Notes under the pieces: generated by a model
Database searches by the model: none
Told to the model about the DNA's origin: nothing
The model's input: the letters and a program-made list of their open reading frames with translations, nothing else
DNA from: an uncultured Verrucomicrobiota bacterium
GTDB taxonomy: Bacteria > Verrucomicrobiota > Verrucomicrobiia > JABWAM01
Assembly (NCBI GenBank): GCA_964653025.1
Contig: CAZZBZ010000001.1
Coordinates: 39,826 to 103,825 of the forward strand
Direction of reading: 5' to 3'
Length of the DNA: 64,000 nt
Shown here: in pieces, positions 45,704 to 55,429 of the stretch
Numbering within the stretch: the first letter of the stretch is position 1
How the letters are laid out: each line of letters begins with the position of its first letter
Position numbers and translations under genes: made by a program

Positions 45704-46858
45704 TCAGGGCTTGGTGACAGGGGTGGACTGGGGCAGCCGCTGGGGAAGGGCGGCGAGGAAACGCACCTTCGCGACGGCATAGTCGGCGTTAATCAAACGG
45801 CTGACTCCGACGAGAAGCAGGACGACCACGAGGAAGATGAGGAAGCCGAACCACTCGTGGACCACGTTTCCGGCCTTCTGACCAAAGCACTGGGCGGCGA
45901 TGATGATCGAGGTGATGCGGACGATGTTGCCGGCCACGGCGAGAGGGAGGCCCGAGAGGCAGAGCACAATCTTCTTCCACGCTTCCCGCTGGGTCACGTA
46001 GCCGTAAATAAGCGAGAGCATGATAATCGCTGTGAGCGAGCGGATCCCGCTGCAGGCCGGGGCGACGTCGTACTGGTAGGCCCCGGTGGGGTCGAAGATG
46101 CGGGTGCCGTCGCGCATCACGCCGATCCCGAGGGCCTGGCCGATGTCGGTGGAGACGATCGTCACCAGCATGCGCATCGGGAAGGCGACGAGCGTTTCGA
46201 GGAAGTTCATGGGGATCATGAACACGAGAAAGGCAAACGGAAAAGCCATGGCCCGGGCCCTGCGAAACCCCTGCAGGCACACGACAAGGGACCAGAGCAG
46301 GAGGAGGAGGGCGAGGACGCTGGCGCGCGGGATCTGCCCGCGCATCCCCATCCAGTGGAGGAGGAGGGCAAAGAGGGCGGGGATGAGGCCCCGCGAGTCG
46401 GGGGCGGCGGGGCATTCGAGGATGGCCTTGCGGTTCCACCAGAGCAGGCCGAGCGAGATGAACGGGACGAGGGGGCCGTGGGAGCTGTCGTAGATGGGGT
46501 CGTTCCAGGCGATCCAGAGCCAGTTGAAGAGGGAGGTGCCGAATTTACTGACCCAGATGCTATTTCCCGCCTTAAAAAACAGCAGGGAGACGCATCCCAG
46601 CAGGACCATCGCCAGCCAGAAGCTCGCGCGACGAAGGCGTCGAGGCAGATCGGCGAGCGCAGCGACTTCCCGCAGGAAAGAGGAGAGTTCGGCGCGAAAG
46701 TGCCAAGCAGCGGCCGCGAGCCCGGCGAGCACAACCAGGATGACCGACGGGTTGGATGCGCCCCCTTCCACTTGCGCGGCATCCCCTGCCGCGAAGAGCG
46801 GGGAGACGGTCCCGAGGAGGGACAGGATGACCGACGGGAGGTATCTGCGACGGCTCAT
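45704..46858 (-). CDS. Exosortase (Xrt/EpsH family transmembrane transpeptidase)
   Basis: 8-TM protein with conserved exosortase motifs ... APACSGIRSL (active-site Cys) ... NIVRITSIIIAA (Arg) ... 384 aa. Confidence 0.8.
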   Translation of the reverse strand: MSRRRYLPSVILSLLGTVSPLFAAGDAAQVEGGASNPSVILVVLAGLAAAAWHFRAELSSFLREVAALADLPRRLRRASFWLAMVLLGCVSLLFFKAGNSIWVSKFGTSLFNWLWIAWNDPIYDSSHGPLVPFISLGLLWWNRKAILECPAAPDSRGLIPALFALLLHWMGMRGQIPRASVLALLLLLWSLVVCLQGFRRARAMAFPFAFLVFMIPMNFLETLVAFPMRMLVTIVSTDIGQALGIGVMRDGTRIFDPTGAYQYDVAPACSGIRSLTAIIMLSLIYGYVTQREAWKKIVLCLSGLPLAVAGNIVRITSIIIAAQCFGQKAGNVVHEWFGFLIFLVVVLLLVGVSRLINADYAVAKVRFLAALPQRLPQSTPVTKP

Positions 46859-46888
46859 GCAAATGTCTGGCGTGGATTCATGTTTGGG

Positions 46889-49402
46889 TCAGTTCGCTCC
46901 CGCGTGCTCTGCCTGCAAGCGGCGGAGACGCTCCTCGGCCTCGGTGCGGCAGGGGAGCTTGGCATCGATCATTCGACGCAAAACCCGTGCCGCCCCGCGC
47001 CAATCCTTCTGGCTCTCCAGGATCCGCTCGGCTTCGAGCCCACCGCGGCAGATCCAGTAGAACTCACGACCCTCGGGGGTCCCACTCGGGGCAGGCTTCT
47101 CATACAGCGGAGCGAGGTGACTTTCCAGCGCCTTTGTAAGGTCGCCCATCGTTTCCCAGGTCTTCCCCATCTCGACGAGGGCCTGGTTGCGAAGGGCGGC
47201 ATCGGCTTTGGGAGAATCGAGGACCGTCTTGAAGGCGGCAAGCGCTTCCTCGTTGCGCTTGAGTTGGCGCAGGCACTGGCCGCGACGGCCCTGCGCCTCG
47301 ATTACCCGCTCGGGGAGTGGCTGAGGCTTGCCGGTCTCGACAGGCTTGACGAGATCCTCAAAGACTTTGAGGGATTCCTGGAACTTGCCGCGCTCCGCGA
47401 GGATGTCGCCGTAAAGAAACCACGCTTCGGGGACCCAGGGCGAATCGGGGTAATCCTTCACGAGCGCCTCGATGAGGCGCCGCGCATCGTCCCTGGCCTG
47501 CCCGAGGCGATGGGCGGCGCGCGCGGCAAAGTAGGTGGCCTCCGGGGCCAGCGGGTGAGCGGGGGCGTTTTTTCGAAGGAGCTCGAACTGCTCCTGGGCC
47601 TTCGCGTGATTGCGAGCGCGATCGTACCAGGCCCCGAGCCAGAACTGCGCCTCGATGGCGGCGGGGGAACGCGGGAAGGCCCGTACGACGCCCTCGAACT
47701 CGGCGACCGCCTTTTCGGGGGACTCGGTATGTTCCATGCAATGCGCACGGACGAGCATGGCGCGGGGAGCGAGATCGTGCTTGGGAAACCTTTCGAGAAA
47801 GGTCGAGGCGGCCTCGGAACCTTCCTTCACCCTTCCGATCGCGTGAAGCGTCTCGGCGTAATCGAGCCATGTGCGGGGAGCGATGGGGGAGTTGGGAAAC
47901 TGGTCGAGGAGGGCGCGGAGCGCCTCCGCGGCCTTCGTGGGTTGTCCTTGGCGGCGGGAGGCGTCCGCTGAGAGAAGAAGAAACTCGGCGCCAAGGCGTC
48001 CGGAGGGGAAGGCGGCAGTGTGTGCGGCTTGAAGGCGGGCCACCTCGGCGGGCTTTCCCGCACGAAGCCACGCACTCGCCCCCTGGTAAAGCGCCTGCTC
48101 GGGCACAGCAGGGTCGATGCCCTTGACCTGCGCGGCCTTCGCAAAGGCGTCGGCCGCGGCCTCGAACTGCTGGCGCTCCATATTGAGGTCGCCGATCTTC
48201 AGCAATGCCTCCGCCTGCACCTGCGGGGTGCGCGCGCGGTCGGCGGCCTTCTGAAACTCAGAGGCGGCAGACTCGAACTTCTTGTCCTCGAGGAAGACCC
48301 ATCCAAGCTGGAGGTGGGCCTGGTCGTTCCATGCGCCGTTGGGATACTTCTCGAAGAAGTCCTGAAAGGCCTGGATCGCTTGATCGCGACGATCGGCGCG
48401 CTTCCAGAGGACACCGACCTGAAGGAAGAGCGCCTCACCAAAAGAGGTCCCCTTCGCCTCGCCTGCCCACTCGGCAAGGCGGTCGGCGAGCACGCGCGGT
48501 TTGTCGAGCTTGAGATAGGCCCCGGTCAGGGCGTCGACGCAGCGGAGGCGGAATGAGGAATCGGTGCTGGTGCGGAAGGCTTGCTCATATTGGGCGGCGG
48601 CCGCGGCCTGATTGCCGGCGGCGGCCTCAATCTCGCCGAGACGCAAGCGCGCAAGGGGAGCAATGCTGCGAGCCTCGGGATTCTCCGATTTTGCGATGGA
48701 CTCAAAGCGGGCGCGCGCCGACTCGGTCAGTTTACGTTCCAACTCGACCTCCCCGAGGGAGAGGGCGGCCTGGAAGCCGATGCCGCTTTTTGCCTCCTCC
48801 TTCGCGAGGCGGCCGAGGACCTGCGCGGCCTCGTCGTACTTCTTTTGCTGGGCAAGGCAGGTGCCGAGGGAGAGGGTGGCCTGCGCGGCAATGTCCTTGC
48901 GGGATTCCTTTTGCAGGGCACGGAACATCTCCTGGGCGGCATCGAACTTGCGGTCGAGCGCCAGGGCGCGCGCCATCCCGTAGCGCGCCTCCGGCAGATA
49001 ACGGCTCTTCGGGAAGTTTTTGGAGAAGGCCTCAAACGTCTTTGATGCGGCCTCGCCGAGCCCCCCCCGCAACTGGGCCTCGCCCAAGAGCAGGGAGAGG
49101 CCGTCCTGCCATTCGGGGCTGGAGGAGGGAAGAACCGATTCGATCGCAAGCTGTGCCCCCTGCCAGTCGCCGGCATTGAGGCGGGCCCGGGCGAGGAGCC
49201 AGGAACCCTCATCCCGCGCCTCCGATTGAGGAAACTGGGTGAGGAGCTTCTCGAACTGCGCGGCGGCCACCTCGTTCAGATGGTCCTCAAGCGCCTTGCG
49301 CCCGAACGCGATCAGGCGCTTTTCCTCTTTCGAAAGGTCGGCGTGCGCCACCGTGGCCAGCGAGGCCACCGCGAGGAGCAGAGCAAAGAATGCGCAGTTC
49401 AT
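46889..49402 (-). CDS. Large secreted TPR-repeat protein (PrsT-like PEP-CTERM-system TPR protein)
   Basis: 837 aa. Signal peptide [21 protein letters not shown], then about 20 TPR-like repeats throughout. Located directly upstream of the exosortase, as PrsT is in PEP-CTERM/EPS loci. 4-bp overlap with uvrA. Confidence 0.55.
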   Translation of the reverse strand: MNCAFFALLLAVASLATVAHADLSKEEKRLIAFGRKALEDHLNEVAAAQFEKLLTQFPQSEARDEGSWLLARARLNAGDWQGAQLAIESVLPSSSPEWQDGLSLLLGEAQLRGGLGEAASKTFEAFSKNFPKSRYLPEARYGMARALALDRKFDAAQEMFRALQKESRKDIAAQATLSLGTCLAQQKKYDEAAQVLGRLAKEEAKSGIGFQAALSLGEVELERKLTESARARFESIAKSENPEARSIAPLARLRLGEIEAAAGNQAAAAAQYEQAFRTSTDSSFRLRCVDALTGAYLKLDKPRVLADRLAEWAGEAKGTSFGEALFLQVGVLWKRADRRDQAIQAFQDFFEKYPNGAWNDQAHLQLGWVFLEDKKFESAASEFQKAADRARTPQVQAEALLKIGDLNMERQQFEAAADAFAKAAQVKGIDPAVPEQALYQGASAWLRAGKPAEVARLQAAHTAAFPSGRLGAEFLLLSADASRRQGQPTKAAEALRALLDQFPNSPIAPRTWLDYAETLHAIGRVKEGSEAASTFLERFPKHDLAPRAMLVRAHCMEHTESPEKAVAEFEGVVRAFPRSPAAIEAQFWLGAWYDRARNHAKAQEQFELLRKNAPAHPLAPEATYFAARAAHRLGQARDDARRLIEALVKDYPDSPWVPEAWFLYGDILAERGKFQESLKVFEDLVKPVETGKPQPLPERVIEAQGRRGQCLRQLKRNEEALAAFKTVLDSPKADAALRNQALVEMGKTWETMGDLTKALESHLAPLYEKPAPSGTPEGREFYWICRGGLEAERILESQKDWRGAARVLRRMIDAKLPCRTEAEERLRRLQAEHAGAN

Positions 49403-52335
49403 GGTTTCAGGGGTGCGGCGGCCGCGGCGCCGGCCGCCGGCAACCCGGTGCGACGCTTCAGCTTCGGTGCGAGGTGTCGTCCCGTGTGGGAATCGGGACA
49501 GGCTGCCACGGCCTCGGGGGTCCCGGCGACTACGATCTGGCCTCCCGCGTCGCCCCCCTCGGGTCCAAGGTCGATCACCCAGTCGGCCGACTGGATGACA
49601 TCGAGATTGTGCTCGATGACGAGCAGGGTGTTGCCGGTCGAGCGAAGGCGCATCAACACCTCGAGGAGCTTCTCGATGTCGGCGAAGTGGAGCCCCGTCG
49701 TTGGCTCGTCAAGGATGTAGAGGGTGCGTCCGGTCGAGCGGCGGGCCAACTCGGCGGCGAGTTTCACGCGCTGGGCCTCGCCGCCGGAAAGGGTGGTCGC
49801 CTGCTGCCCGAGGTGGAGGTAGCCGAGCCCGACCTCCCCGAGGACCGAGAGAGATTCGCGGAGGGAGGGGATGCCACGGAAAAACTCGATCGCCTCGTCC
49901 ACCGTCATATTCAGCACTTCAGCGACGTTGCGCCCCTTGTAAGTGACCTCGAGGGTTTCACGGTTGTAGCGTTGGCCGCGGCAGGCCTCGCACTCCACGT
50001 AGACGTCGGGCAGAAAATGCATCTCAATCTTGAGGATGCCGTCGCCGCTGCAGCGTTCGCAGCGGCCGCCGCGCACATTGAAGCTGTAGCGCCCCGGGCC
50101 GTAGCCGCGCACCTTCGAGGCAGGAAGGGCGGCGAAGAGGTCACGAATCAACCCGAAGGCGCCGGTGTAGGTGAGGGGGTTGGAGCGCGGGGTGCGACCA
50201 ATCGGGGACTGGTCAATAACGATCACCTTGTCGAGAAACTCCGATCCCTCGATGCGCTCGTGCTTGCCGGGACGCTCCTTCGAACCGTGAAACTGGCGTT
50301 GGAGGGCGCGCCGCAGGATATCGTCCACGAGGGTGCTCTTCCCCGATCCGCTCACCCCGGTCACGCAGGTGAGGAGCCCGAGTGGAATCTCGGCGGTGAT
50401 GCCCTTGAGGTTATTCTCGCGGGCACCGACGACGCGAAGCCATTTGTCCTGCGGGTGAATGCGGCGGCGTGGCGCGACGAGGCCGATCTCGCCCGAGAGG
50501 TAGCGTCCGGTGAGCGAGCGGGGATTGGCAAGCACCTCGGCCACCGTGCCCTCGGCCACGAGTTCCCCGCCGTGAACGCCAGCACCGGGGCCGAGGTCCA
50601 CCACGTGGTCGGCGGCGCGGATCGTCTCCTCATCATGCTCGACGACAATCACGGTGTTGCCCAGGTCCCGCAGACGGGTGAGGGTGCCGAGCAGGCGCTG
50701 ATTGTCGCGTTGGTGGAGGCCGATGGAGGGCTCGTCGAGAACGTAGATGACGCCGGAGAGGCGGGATCCGATTTGGGTGGCAAGCTTGATGCGCTGCGCC
50801 TCCCCACCGGAGAGGGTGGCGCTCTCGCGGTCGAGGGTGAGGTAGCCGAGGCCAACCTCATCGAGAAACTCGATGCGGGAGGTCACCTCGCGGAGGGCCT
50901 GCCGGGCGATGGCCTGCTGTTGGGGGTCGAGGGCCAGCCCCGCAAAAAAGCGGAGCGCGTCGCGCACGGAGAGGCGGGAGAGGTCGATGATGGACCTGTC
51001 GCCAAGGGTGACGGCGAGGCTCTCGCGCTTGAGGCGGGCGCCGTTGCAGGTGCCGCAGTGTTGGAAAGTCTGGTACCCTCGGAGGCGTTTCCGGGTGAAC
51101 TCGCTCGCGGTTTCGGTGAGGAGCCGTTGGAGCTGGGGGATGACCCCCTCGAAGGGCTTCGCGATCGCGTGAGGTTTCCCGTTGCGGGTCATCTTGAAGG
51201 TGACCTCCTGTCCGCTCGTGCCATGGAGAATCGCGGTATGCGCTGCCTCGGGGAGAGACTTCCAAGGGGTATCCATGTCGGCGCCAAGGTGCGCGCAGAC
51301 GCTGCGGAGGAGCATCTTGTAGTAGGCGATGAGGCGTCTCCCCCCGCGTCGCCAGGGCTGAACCGCGCCATCGTTCACGCTCTTCTCAGGATCGGGAACG
51401 ACAAGGTCTGTGTCGAAGATCATCTCCTGACCGATCCCGTGGCAGGCAGGACAGGCCCCGTAGGGGCTGTTGAAGGAGAAGTGGCGCGGAGTGAACGCGC
51501 CGAGGCTGATGCCGCAGGCGACGCAGGCGTTCATCGTGCTGTGGAGCGCTTCGTCCCAGGGCGCGCCGTTGCTGGCGGCCCCGTTCTTCGGGGTCGGGCG
51601 GGTGAGGGCAAGGAGAATGCCCTGGCCCCACTGGAGCGAGGTTTCCACGGACTCGGCGATGCGGGAGCGGAAGCGCGGGTCGCACGGGAGGCGGTCCACG
51701 ACCACCTCGATGTCGTGGTTGCGGGATTTGTCGAGGAGGAGGGTCACCCCGTGGCGGTCGAAGATCCGATCCATCTCGTGCATCTCGCCGTCCACGCGCA
51801 CGCGGACAAAACCCTGGTTGCGGACCCTTTCGAGGACATCGCGAAACTCCCCTTTTTTCCGCTGTACGAGCGGGGCGAGAAGCATGAGTTGCTGGCCCGC
51901 GACGTTGGTAAGGATGCGGTCCACGATATCCTGCGGGGTCTGGGTGTGGATCGACTTGCCGCACTTCGGGCAGTGGGGCTGGCCGATGGCGGCGTAGAGG
52001 AGGCGCAGGAAGTCGAAGATCTCGGTGGTCGTGGCGATCGTGGAGCGGGGATTTGACCCGGAGGAGCGTTGCTCGATCGCGATCGCGGGGGAAAGGCCCT
52101 CGATGAAATCCACGTCCGGCTTTTGCATCTGGTCGAGAAACTGGCGGGCGTAGGCCGAGAGGCTTTCGACGTACTTGCGTTGCCCCTCGGCAAAGATCGT
52201 GTCGAAGGCCAACGAGGACTTCCCGCTCCCGCTGAGACCGGTGACGACAACGAGGCGGTTCCTCGGGATCCTCAGGGAGAGGTTCTTAAGGTTGTGCTGC
52301 CGCGCGCCCCCGATGCTGATGCACTCCTGCTCCAT
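49399..52335 (-). CDS. uvrA: Excinuclease ABC subunit A
   Basis: 978 aa. Two ABC ATPase modules ([14 protein letters not shown] ... / [11 protein letters not shown] ...). Zn-finger CxxC pairs. LSGGEAQR signature motifs. Confidence 0.95.
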   Translation of the reverse strand: MEQECISIGGARQHNLKNLSLRIPRNRLVVVTGLSGSGKSSLAFDTIFAEGQRKYVESLSAYARQFLDQMQKPDVDFIEGLSPAIAIEQRSSGSNPRSTIATTTEIFDFLRLLYAAIGQPHCPKCGKSIHTQTPQDIVDRILTNVAGQQLMLLAPLVQRKKGEFRDVLERVRNQGFVRVRVDGEMHEMDRIFDRHGVTLLLDKSRNHDIEVVVDRLPCDPRFRSRIAESVETSLQWGQGILLALTRPTPKNGAASNGAPWDEALHSTMNACVACGISLGAFTPRHFSFNSPYGACPACHGIGQEMIFDTDLVVPDPEKSVNDGAVQPWRRGGRRLIAYYKMLLRSVCAHLGADMDTPWKSLPEAAHTAILHGTSGQEVTFKMTRNGKPHAIAKPFEGVIPQLQRLLTETASEFTRKRLRGYQTFQHCGTCNGARLKRESLAVTLGDRSIIDLSRLSVRDALRFFAGLALDPQQQAIARQALREVTSRIEFLDEVGLGYLTLDRESATLSGGEAQRIKLATQIGSRLSGVIYVLDEPSIGLHQRDNQRLLGTLTRLRDLGNTVIVVEHDEETIRAADHVVDLGPGAGVHGGELVAEGTVAEVLANPRSLTGRYLSGEIGLVAPRRRIHPQDKWLRVVGARENNLKGITAEIPLGLLTCVTGVSGSGKSTLVDDILRRALQRQFHGSKERPGKHERIEGSEFLDKVIVIDQSPIGRTPRSNPLTYTGAFGLIRDLFAALPASKVRGYGPGRYSFNVRGGRCERCSGDGILKIEMHFLPDVYVECEACRGQRYNRETLEVTYKGRNVAEVLNMTVDEAIEFFRGIPSLRESLSVLGEVGLGYLHLGQQATTLSGGEAQRVKLAAELARRSTGRTLYILDEPTTGLHFADIEKLLEVLMRLRSTGNTLLVIEHNLDVIQSADWVIDLGPEGGDAGGQIVVAGTPEAVAACPDSHTGRHLAPKLKRRTGLPAAGAAAAAPLKP

Positions 52336-52470
52336 GGAAAGAACCCAGAATCATGCCACAAAACAGGTAAAACCGAAACGTCGAACTGGCGCCCGGCGCC
52401 TTTCGTTGGGTGCCTTCCGGTTTCTCTTGCGAGAAAGGGTCGTAAATCGCACGATGCGCCCTGTTTTCCC

Positions 52471-53382
52471 ATGGCAACCCCTCTCAGTTTCTGGATCGCA
52501 TTCCACGTCGGCGTCTTCGCCGTGCTGGCGGTAGATCTTTGCCGAAAGCCGGGTGCGGTCTCCTACCGCGAAGCGGGGATCTGGAGCGCGATCTGGGTGG
52601 CCCTCTCCCTCGGATTCAACGCGGTCGTCTGGCGACTGAAAGGCCCCGACAAGGCACTGGAGTTCCTGACGGGCTACCTCGTCGAATACTCGCTGAGCGT
52701 GGACAACGTCCTCGTGTTCGTCCTGGTGATGGAGTACTTCCGCGTCCCCGCCGCCTACCAGCACCGTGTGCTTTTCTGGGGCGTGTTCGGGGCCATCGTC
52801 CTTCGCGGGGCGATGATCGCCGTGGGGGTGGTGCTCGTCCACCAGTTCCAATGGGTCCTCTATGTCTTCGGGGCATTCCTCGTCTTCACGGGGATCAAGA
52901 TGTTTTTCTCCGGCGATGAGGGGGTCGATTTGGAAAACAATGGAATCCTGCGCTGGTGCAAACGCATCATGCCGGTGACCCACGACTACGTCGGGGCAAA
53001 GTTCATTGTGCGGAATGGGGCGTTCTGGGCCTTTACCCCGCTCGCGCTCGTCCTGGTCTTCGTGGACTTCATCGACATCGTGTTCGCGGTGGACTCGATC
53101 CCCGCGATCTTCGCCATCACGCAGGATTCATTCATCGTCTACACCTCCAACATCTGCGCCATCCTTGGCCTGCGCTCACTCTACTTCCTGATCTCGGGAG
53201 CGGTGCGACGGTTGGTCTTCCTGAAAATGGGGCTCTCCATCGTCCTCTCGTTCATCGGGATGAAGATGCTCGTGGCCCACTGGTGGGCGCTCCCGACCTG
53301 GCTCGCGCTTCTCGTCGTGGCCCTGATCCTTGGCGTGTCGGCCATCGCCTCGCTGGTCTCCGAACGTCACGGTAAACGCTAG
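52471..53382 (+). CDS. TerC-family integral membrane protein
   Basis: Start [23 protein letters not shown]. TerC motifs [15 protein letters not shown] and [12 protein letters not shown]. About 9 TM helices. The raw ORF's upstream extension is rejected. Confidence 0.85.
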   Translation: MATPLSFWIAFHVGVFAVLAVDLCRKPGAVSYREAGIWSAIWVALSLGFNAVVWRLKGPDKALEFLTGYLVEYSLSVDNVLVFVLVMEYFRVPAAYQHRVLFWGVFGAIVLRGAMIAVGVVLVHQFQWVLYVFGAFLVFTGIKMFFSGDEGVDLENNGILRWCKRIMPVTHDYVGAKFIVRNGAFWAFTPLALVLVFVDFIDIVFAVDSIPAIFAITQDSFIVYTSNICAILGLRSLYFLISGAVRRLVFLKMGLSIVLSFIGMKMLVAHWWALPTWLALLVVALILGVSAIASLVSERHGKR

Positions 53383-53401
53383 CCTGGATTTTTCACGATA
53401 T

Positions 53402-53490
53402 CCCGATCCCGCCGTGGGACACGGCGGGCTACCGGGGAAAACACGATCTCCTTGGTAGCCCGTGCTGTCCCTAGCACGGGATCCGTCGGA
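53402..53490. repeat. REP/REPIN-like element: two inverted GTAG-hairpin units (CCCGCCGTG-gga-CACGGCGGG-CTACC and GGTAG-CCCGTGCT-gtccct-AGCACGGG) between convergent terC and DUF4340 genes
   Basis: Read directly. Shares the 17-mer CCCGATCCCGCCGTGGG and the GGTAGCCCG ... hairpin with a second copy at 62763-62900. Stems differ by compensatory substitutions. Confidence 0.7.
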
Positions 53491-53523
53491 ATGGACTCGG
53501 TGGGCAGGACGGGCTGTCCTCCA

Positions 53524-55404
53524 TCACTTCGCGGCGGGAGCGTTCGTCGAAACCGCGGAAGCCGCAAGAGACGGTTTCGTGAGAAAGTCGGCAGTCAGGA
53601 TCAGAAAATCATCGCGGGTGATCTGGGTGAGGAGCAGCTGATTCTTCCAGATGAGGCTGTTCGTGCCACCGACCTCGCGGGCGACCACCAACTCCTGGGT
53701 CACCGTCTTGCCCTCAACCTCGCAGGTCAGCATCAGGACCGCGGCGGGCGGGTCGAAGCCCTGCTGCTTCGCGGTTTCATTGAGCGCGACGCCTTCGATC
53801 CTCGCCACCTCGAAGCGCTGAAAGCGGTTAAGAAGCCGCTGCCACGGGGTCTCATTCAGAACGCCCGAGGCACCCTCACCCACCCTCCATTTGCCCTCCT
53901 TCGTCTTTTCCATGACAAGGGTGGACTTCCCCTTCTTCACGGTCACCGACTTGATTGTGTCCTTCTTGATCTCGAAAAGCACGCGGGAGCGCAGTTCCAG
54001 CGCACTTTTCGGAAGCGCGGCGGCATCGGCAGCGTCCACGGCGTAAATCGAGGATTCGTCGGCGCGCTTCACGTAAGCAAGCTTCTTCACGGGATCGGCC
54101 TTGCCCACCGCAAGGTCAAGAAGCACGGTCGCAGCGGCGCTGGCCACGGCGGGAGGGGCGTTGGTCTCCGCGGGTGCGGGGACCTTGGGCTCGCCGGCGC
54201 GGTCGCGCAAGACTACCTGCCCAAGCGGAGCCTTGAGTCCGTACTTGTCGAGGTCGGTGAGGACGTCGGCCGCAAACTCCTTCACCTGCATTCCTGAGAG
54301 GCGTGCGAGGAACTTGTCCACGAGCTCGTTGTCGGCGGCCACCTTCTCGGGCTGGATAATCCGCCACTGGTCATTCGTCTTCTGGAGGAGAAGGGTCGCG
54401 GCGCGGTTGCGCACCTCGATCTCGCGAATGTCGGCGGCCGCGAAAGGGGCGACGTCACGGTCGCGGATCTCGTTGAGTGGGCGCGCCGCATCGGCGGCGA
54501 AGGCAACCGGGACGGAGACGATGGAGTTCTGGCCCTTCACGCGGGCAGCAAGCTTCTTGTCGTCGGACTTGAGCTTCGCGCCGAGAGTGAGGGTATTGAC
54601 CGCGTCCTGTTTCTCAATGCGAACGCTGATCTCCTGCGAGGGCTCCTCAATGCCGTATTCCCGCGAGGCAGCGGGGTCCTCGCTCAGGAAATCGTCGGCA
54701 CGCAGCGAGGCCAGTTGACGAAGAAACTCCTCCACCCTGTTGCGATCGGCGCGGGCGTTGAGGGGCTGGACGATCCGCCAGTTCTGATTGGTACGCGCGA
54801 GCTCGACAAGTTTGCCCGCGGCCCGCAACTCGATGCGCTGAACCTGGTCTCCCGTAAACTCGAAGAGCGAGCGCTCGCGGTAATCCTCGATCTTCTTCTC
54901 GATGCGAGTCGCAAGGTACTTGTCCACGAGGTGGACCTCCTTGCTCCCCTTCACCTGGACGTAGAGGGCGTCCCCCTGGCGCGCCTCGTTTCCGAGGAAG
55001 AGGGTGCTCTCGGATTTTGGGGTGCGAAGGGTGACGGATGCGCGAGGCTTCTCGAGTCCGTAGTCGGCAAGGGTAAGCTTTGCCTCGGAGATGGCGCGCT
55101 CGGAAAGGCGGCGGCGGCTCTCAAGAAACTCAAGGCCACTGAGGATCCCGTCCATCTCGCCCGAGGCAGCGCGCACCTGGAGGGGACGGGAGAAGGACCA
55201 CTTGCCCTGCTTGCGATCGAAGACAAAGTCGCGGTCGGCACCCTTGATCTCAAGGCGAGTGACGTCGACGGCCTTGAAGTCGAGGACGCGCCTCTGTTGC
55301 TCGGAAGCCTGGTCGGTGGTGGGGAGCTTCTTTTTCGCAAGGAAATACCCTCCCGCGACCAGTGCCGTGAGCAGGAGAAGGGTGAGCGTGCTCTTGATTT
55401 TCAT
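53524..55404 (-). CDS. GldG-associated periplasmic protein (DUF4340-like), terminal gene of the Gld-like ABC operon
   Basis: 626 aa. N-terminal TM anchor (LTLLLLTALVAGGYFLA), then a long soluble region with repeated modules. Position after gldG-like as in the conserved gldA-gldF-gldG-DUF4340 arrangement. Family call is by synteny and recognition only. Confidence 0.5.
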   Translation of the reverse strand: MKIKSTLTLLLLTALVAGGYFLAKKKLPTTDQASEQQRRVLDFKAVDVTRLEIKGADRDFVFDRKQGKWSFSRPLQVRAASGEMDGILSGLEFLESRRRLSERAISEAKLTLADYGLEKPRASVTLRTPKSESTLFLGNEARQGDALYVQVKGSKEVHLVDKYLATRIEKKIEDYRERSLFEFTGDQVQRIELRAAGKLVELARTNQNWRIVQPLNARADRNRVEEFLRQLASLRADDFLSEDPAASREYGIEEPSQEISVRIEKQDAVNTLTLGAKLKSDDKKLAARVKGQNSIVSVPVAFAADAARPLNEIRDRDVAPFAAADIREIEVRNRAATLLLQKTNDQWRIIQPEKVAADNELVDKFLARLSGMQVKEFAADVLTDLDKYGLKAPLGQVVLRDRAGEPKVPAPAETNAPPAVASAAATVLLDLAVGKADPVKKLAYVKRADESSIYAVDAADAAALPKSALELRSRVLFEIKKDTIKSVTVKKGKSTLVMEKTKEGKWRVGEGASGVLNETPWQRLLNRFQRFEVARIEGVALNETAKQQGFDPPAAVLMLTCEVEGKTVTQELVVAREVGGTNSLIWKNQLLLTQITRDDFLILTADFLTKPSLAASAVSTNAPAAK

Positions 55405-55429
55405 CGGCGGCAGTGGGCGCGAAAGGCGA

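Noticed and set aside
45038-47971. 977-aa plus-strand ORF
   Set aside because: Antisense to the exosortase, EpsI and TPR genes. Gly/Arg/Asp/Glu-rich composition typical of spurious ORFs in high-GC DNA. No recognisable domains.
49390-52056. 888-aa plus-strand ORF
   Set aside because: Antisense shadow of uvrA. Low-complexity G/A/E/R-rich translation.
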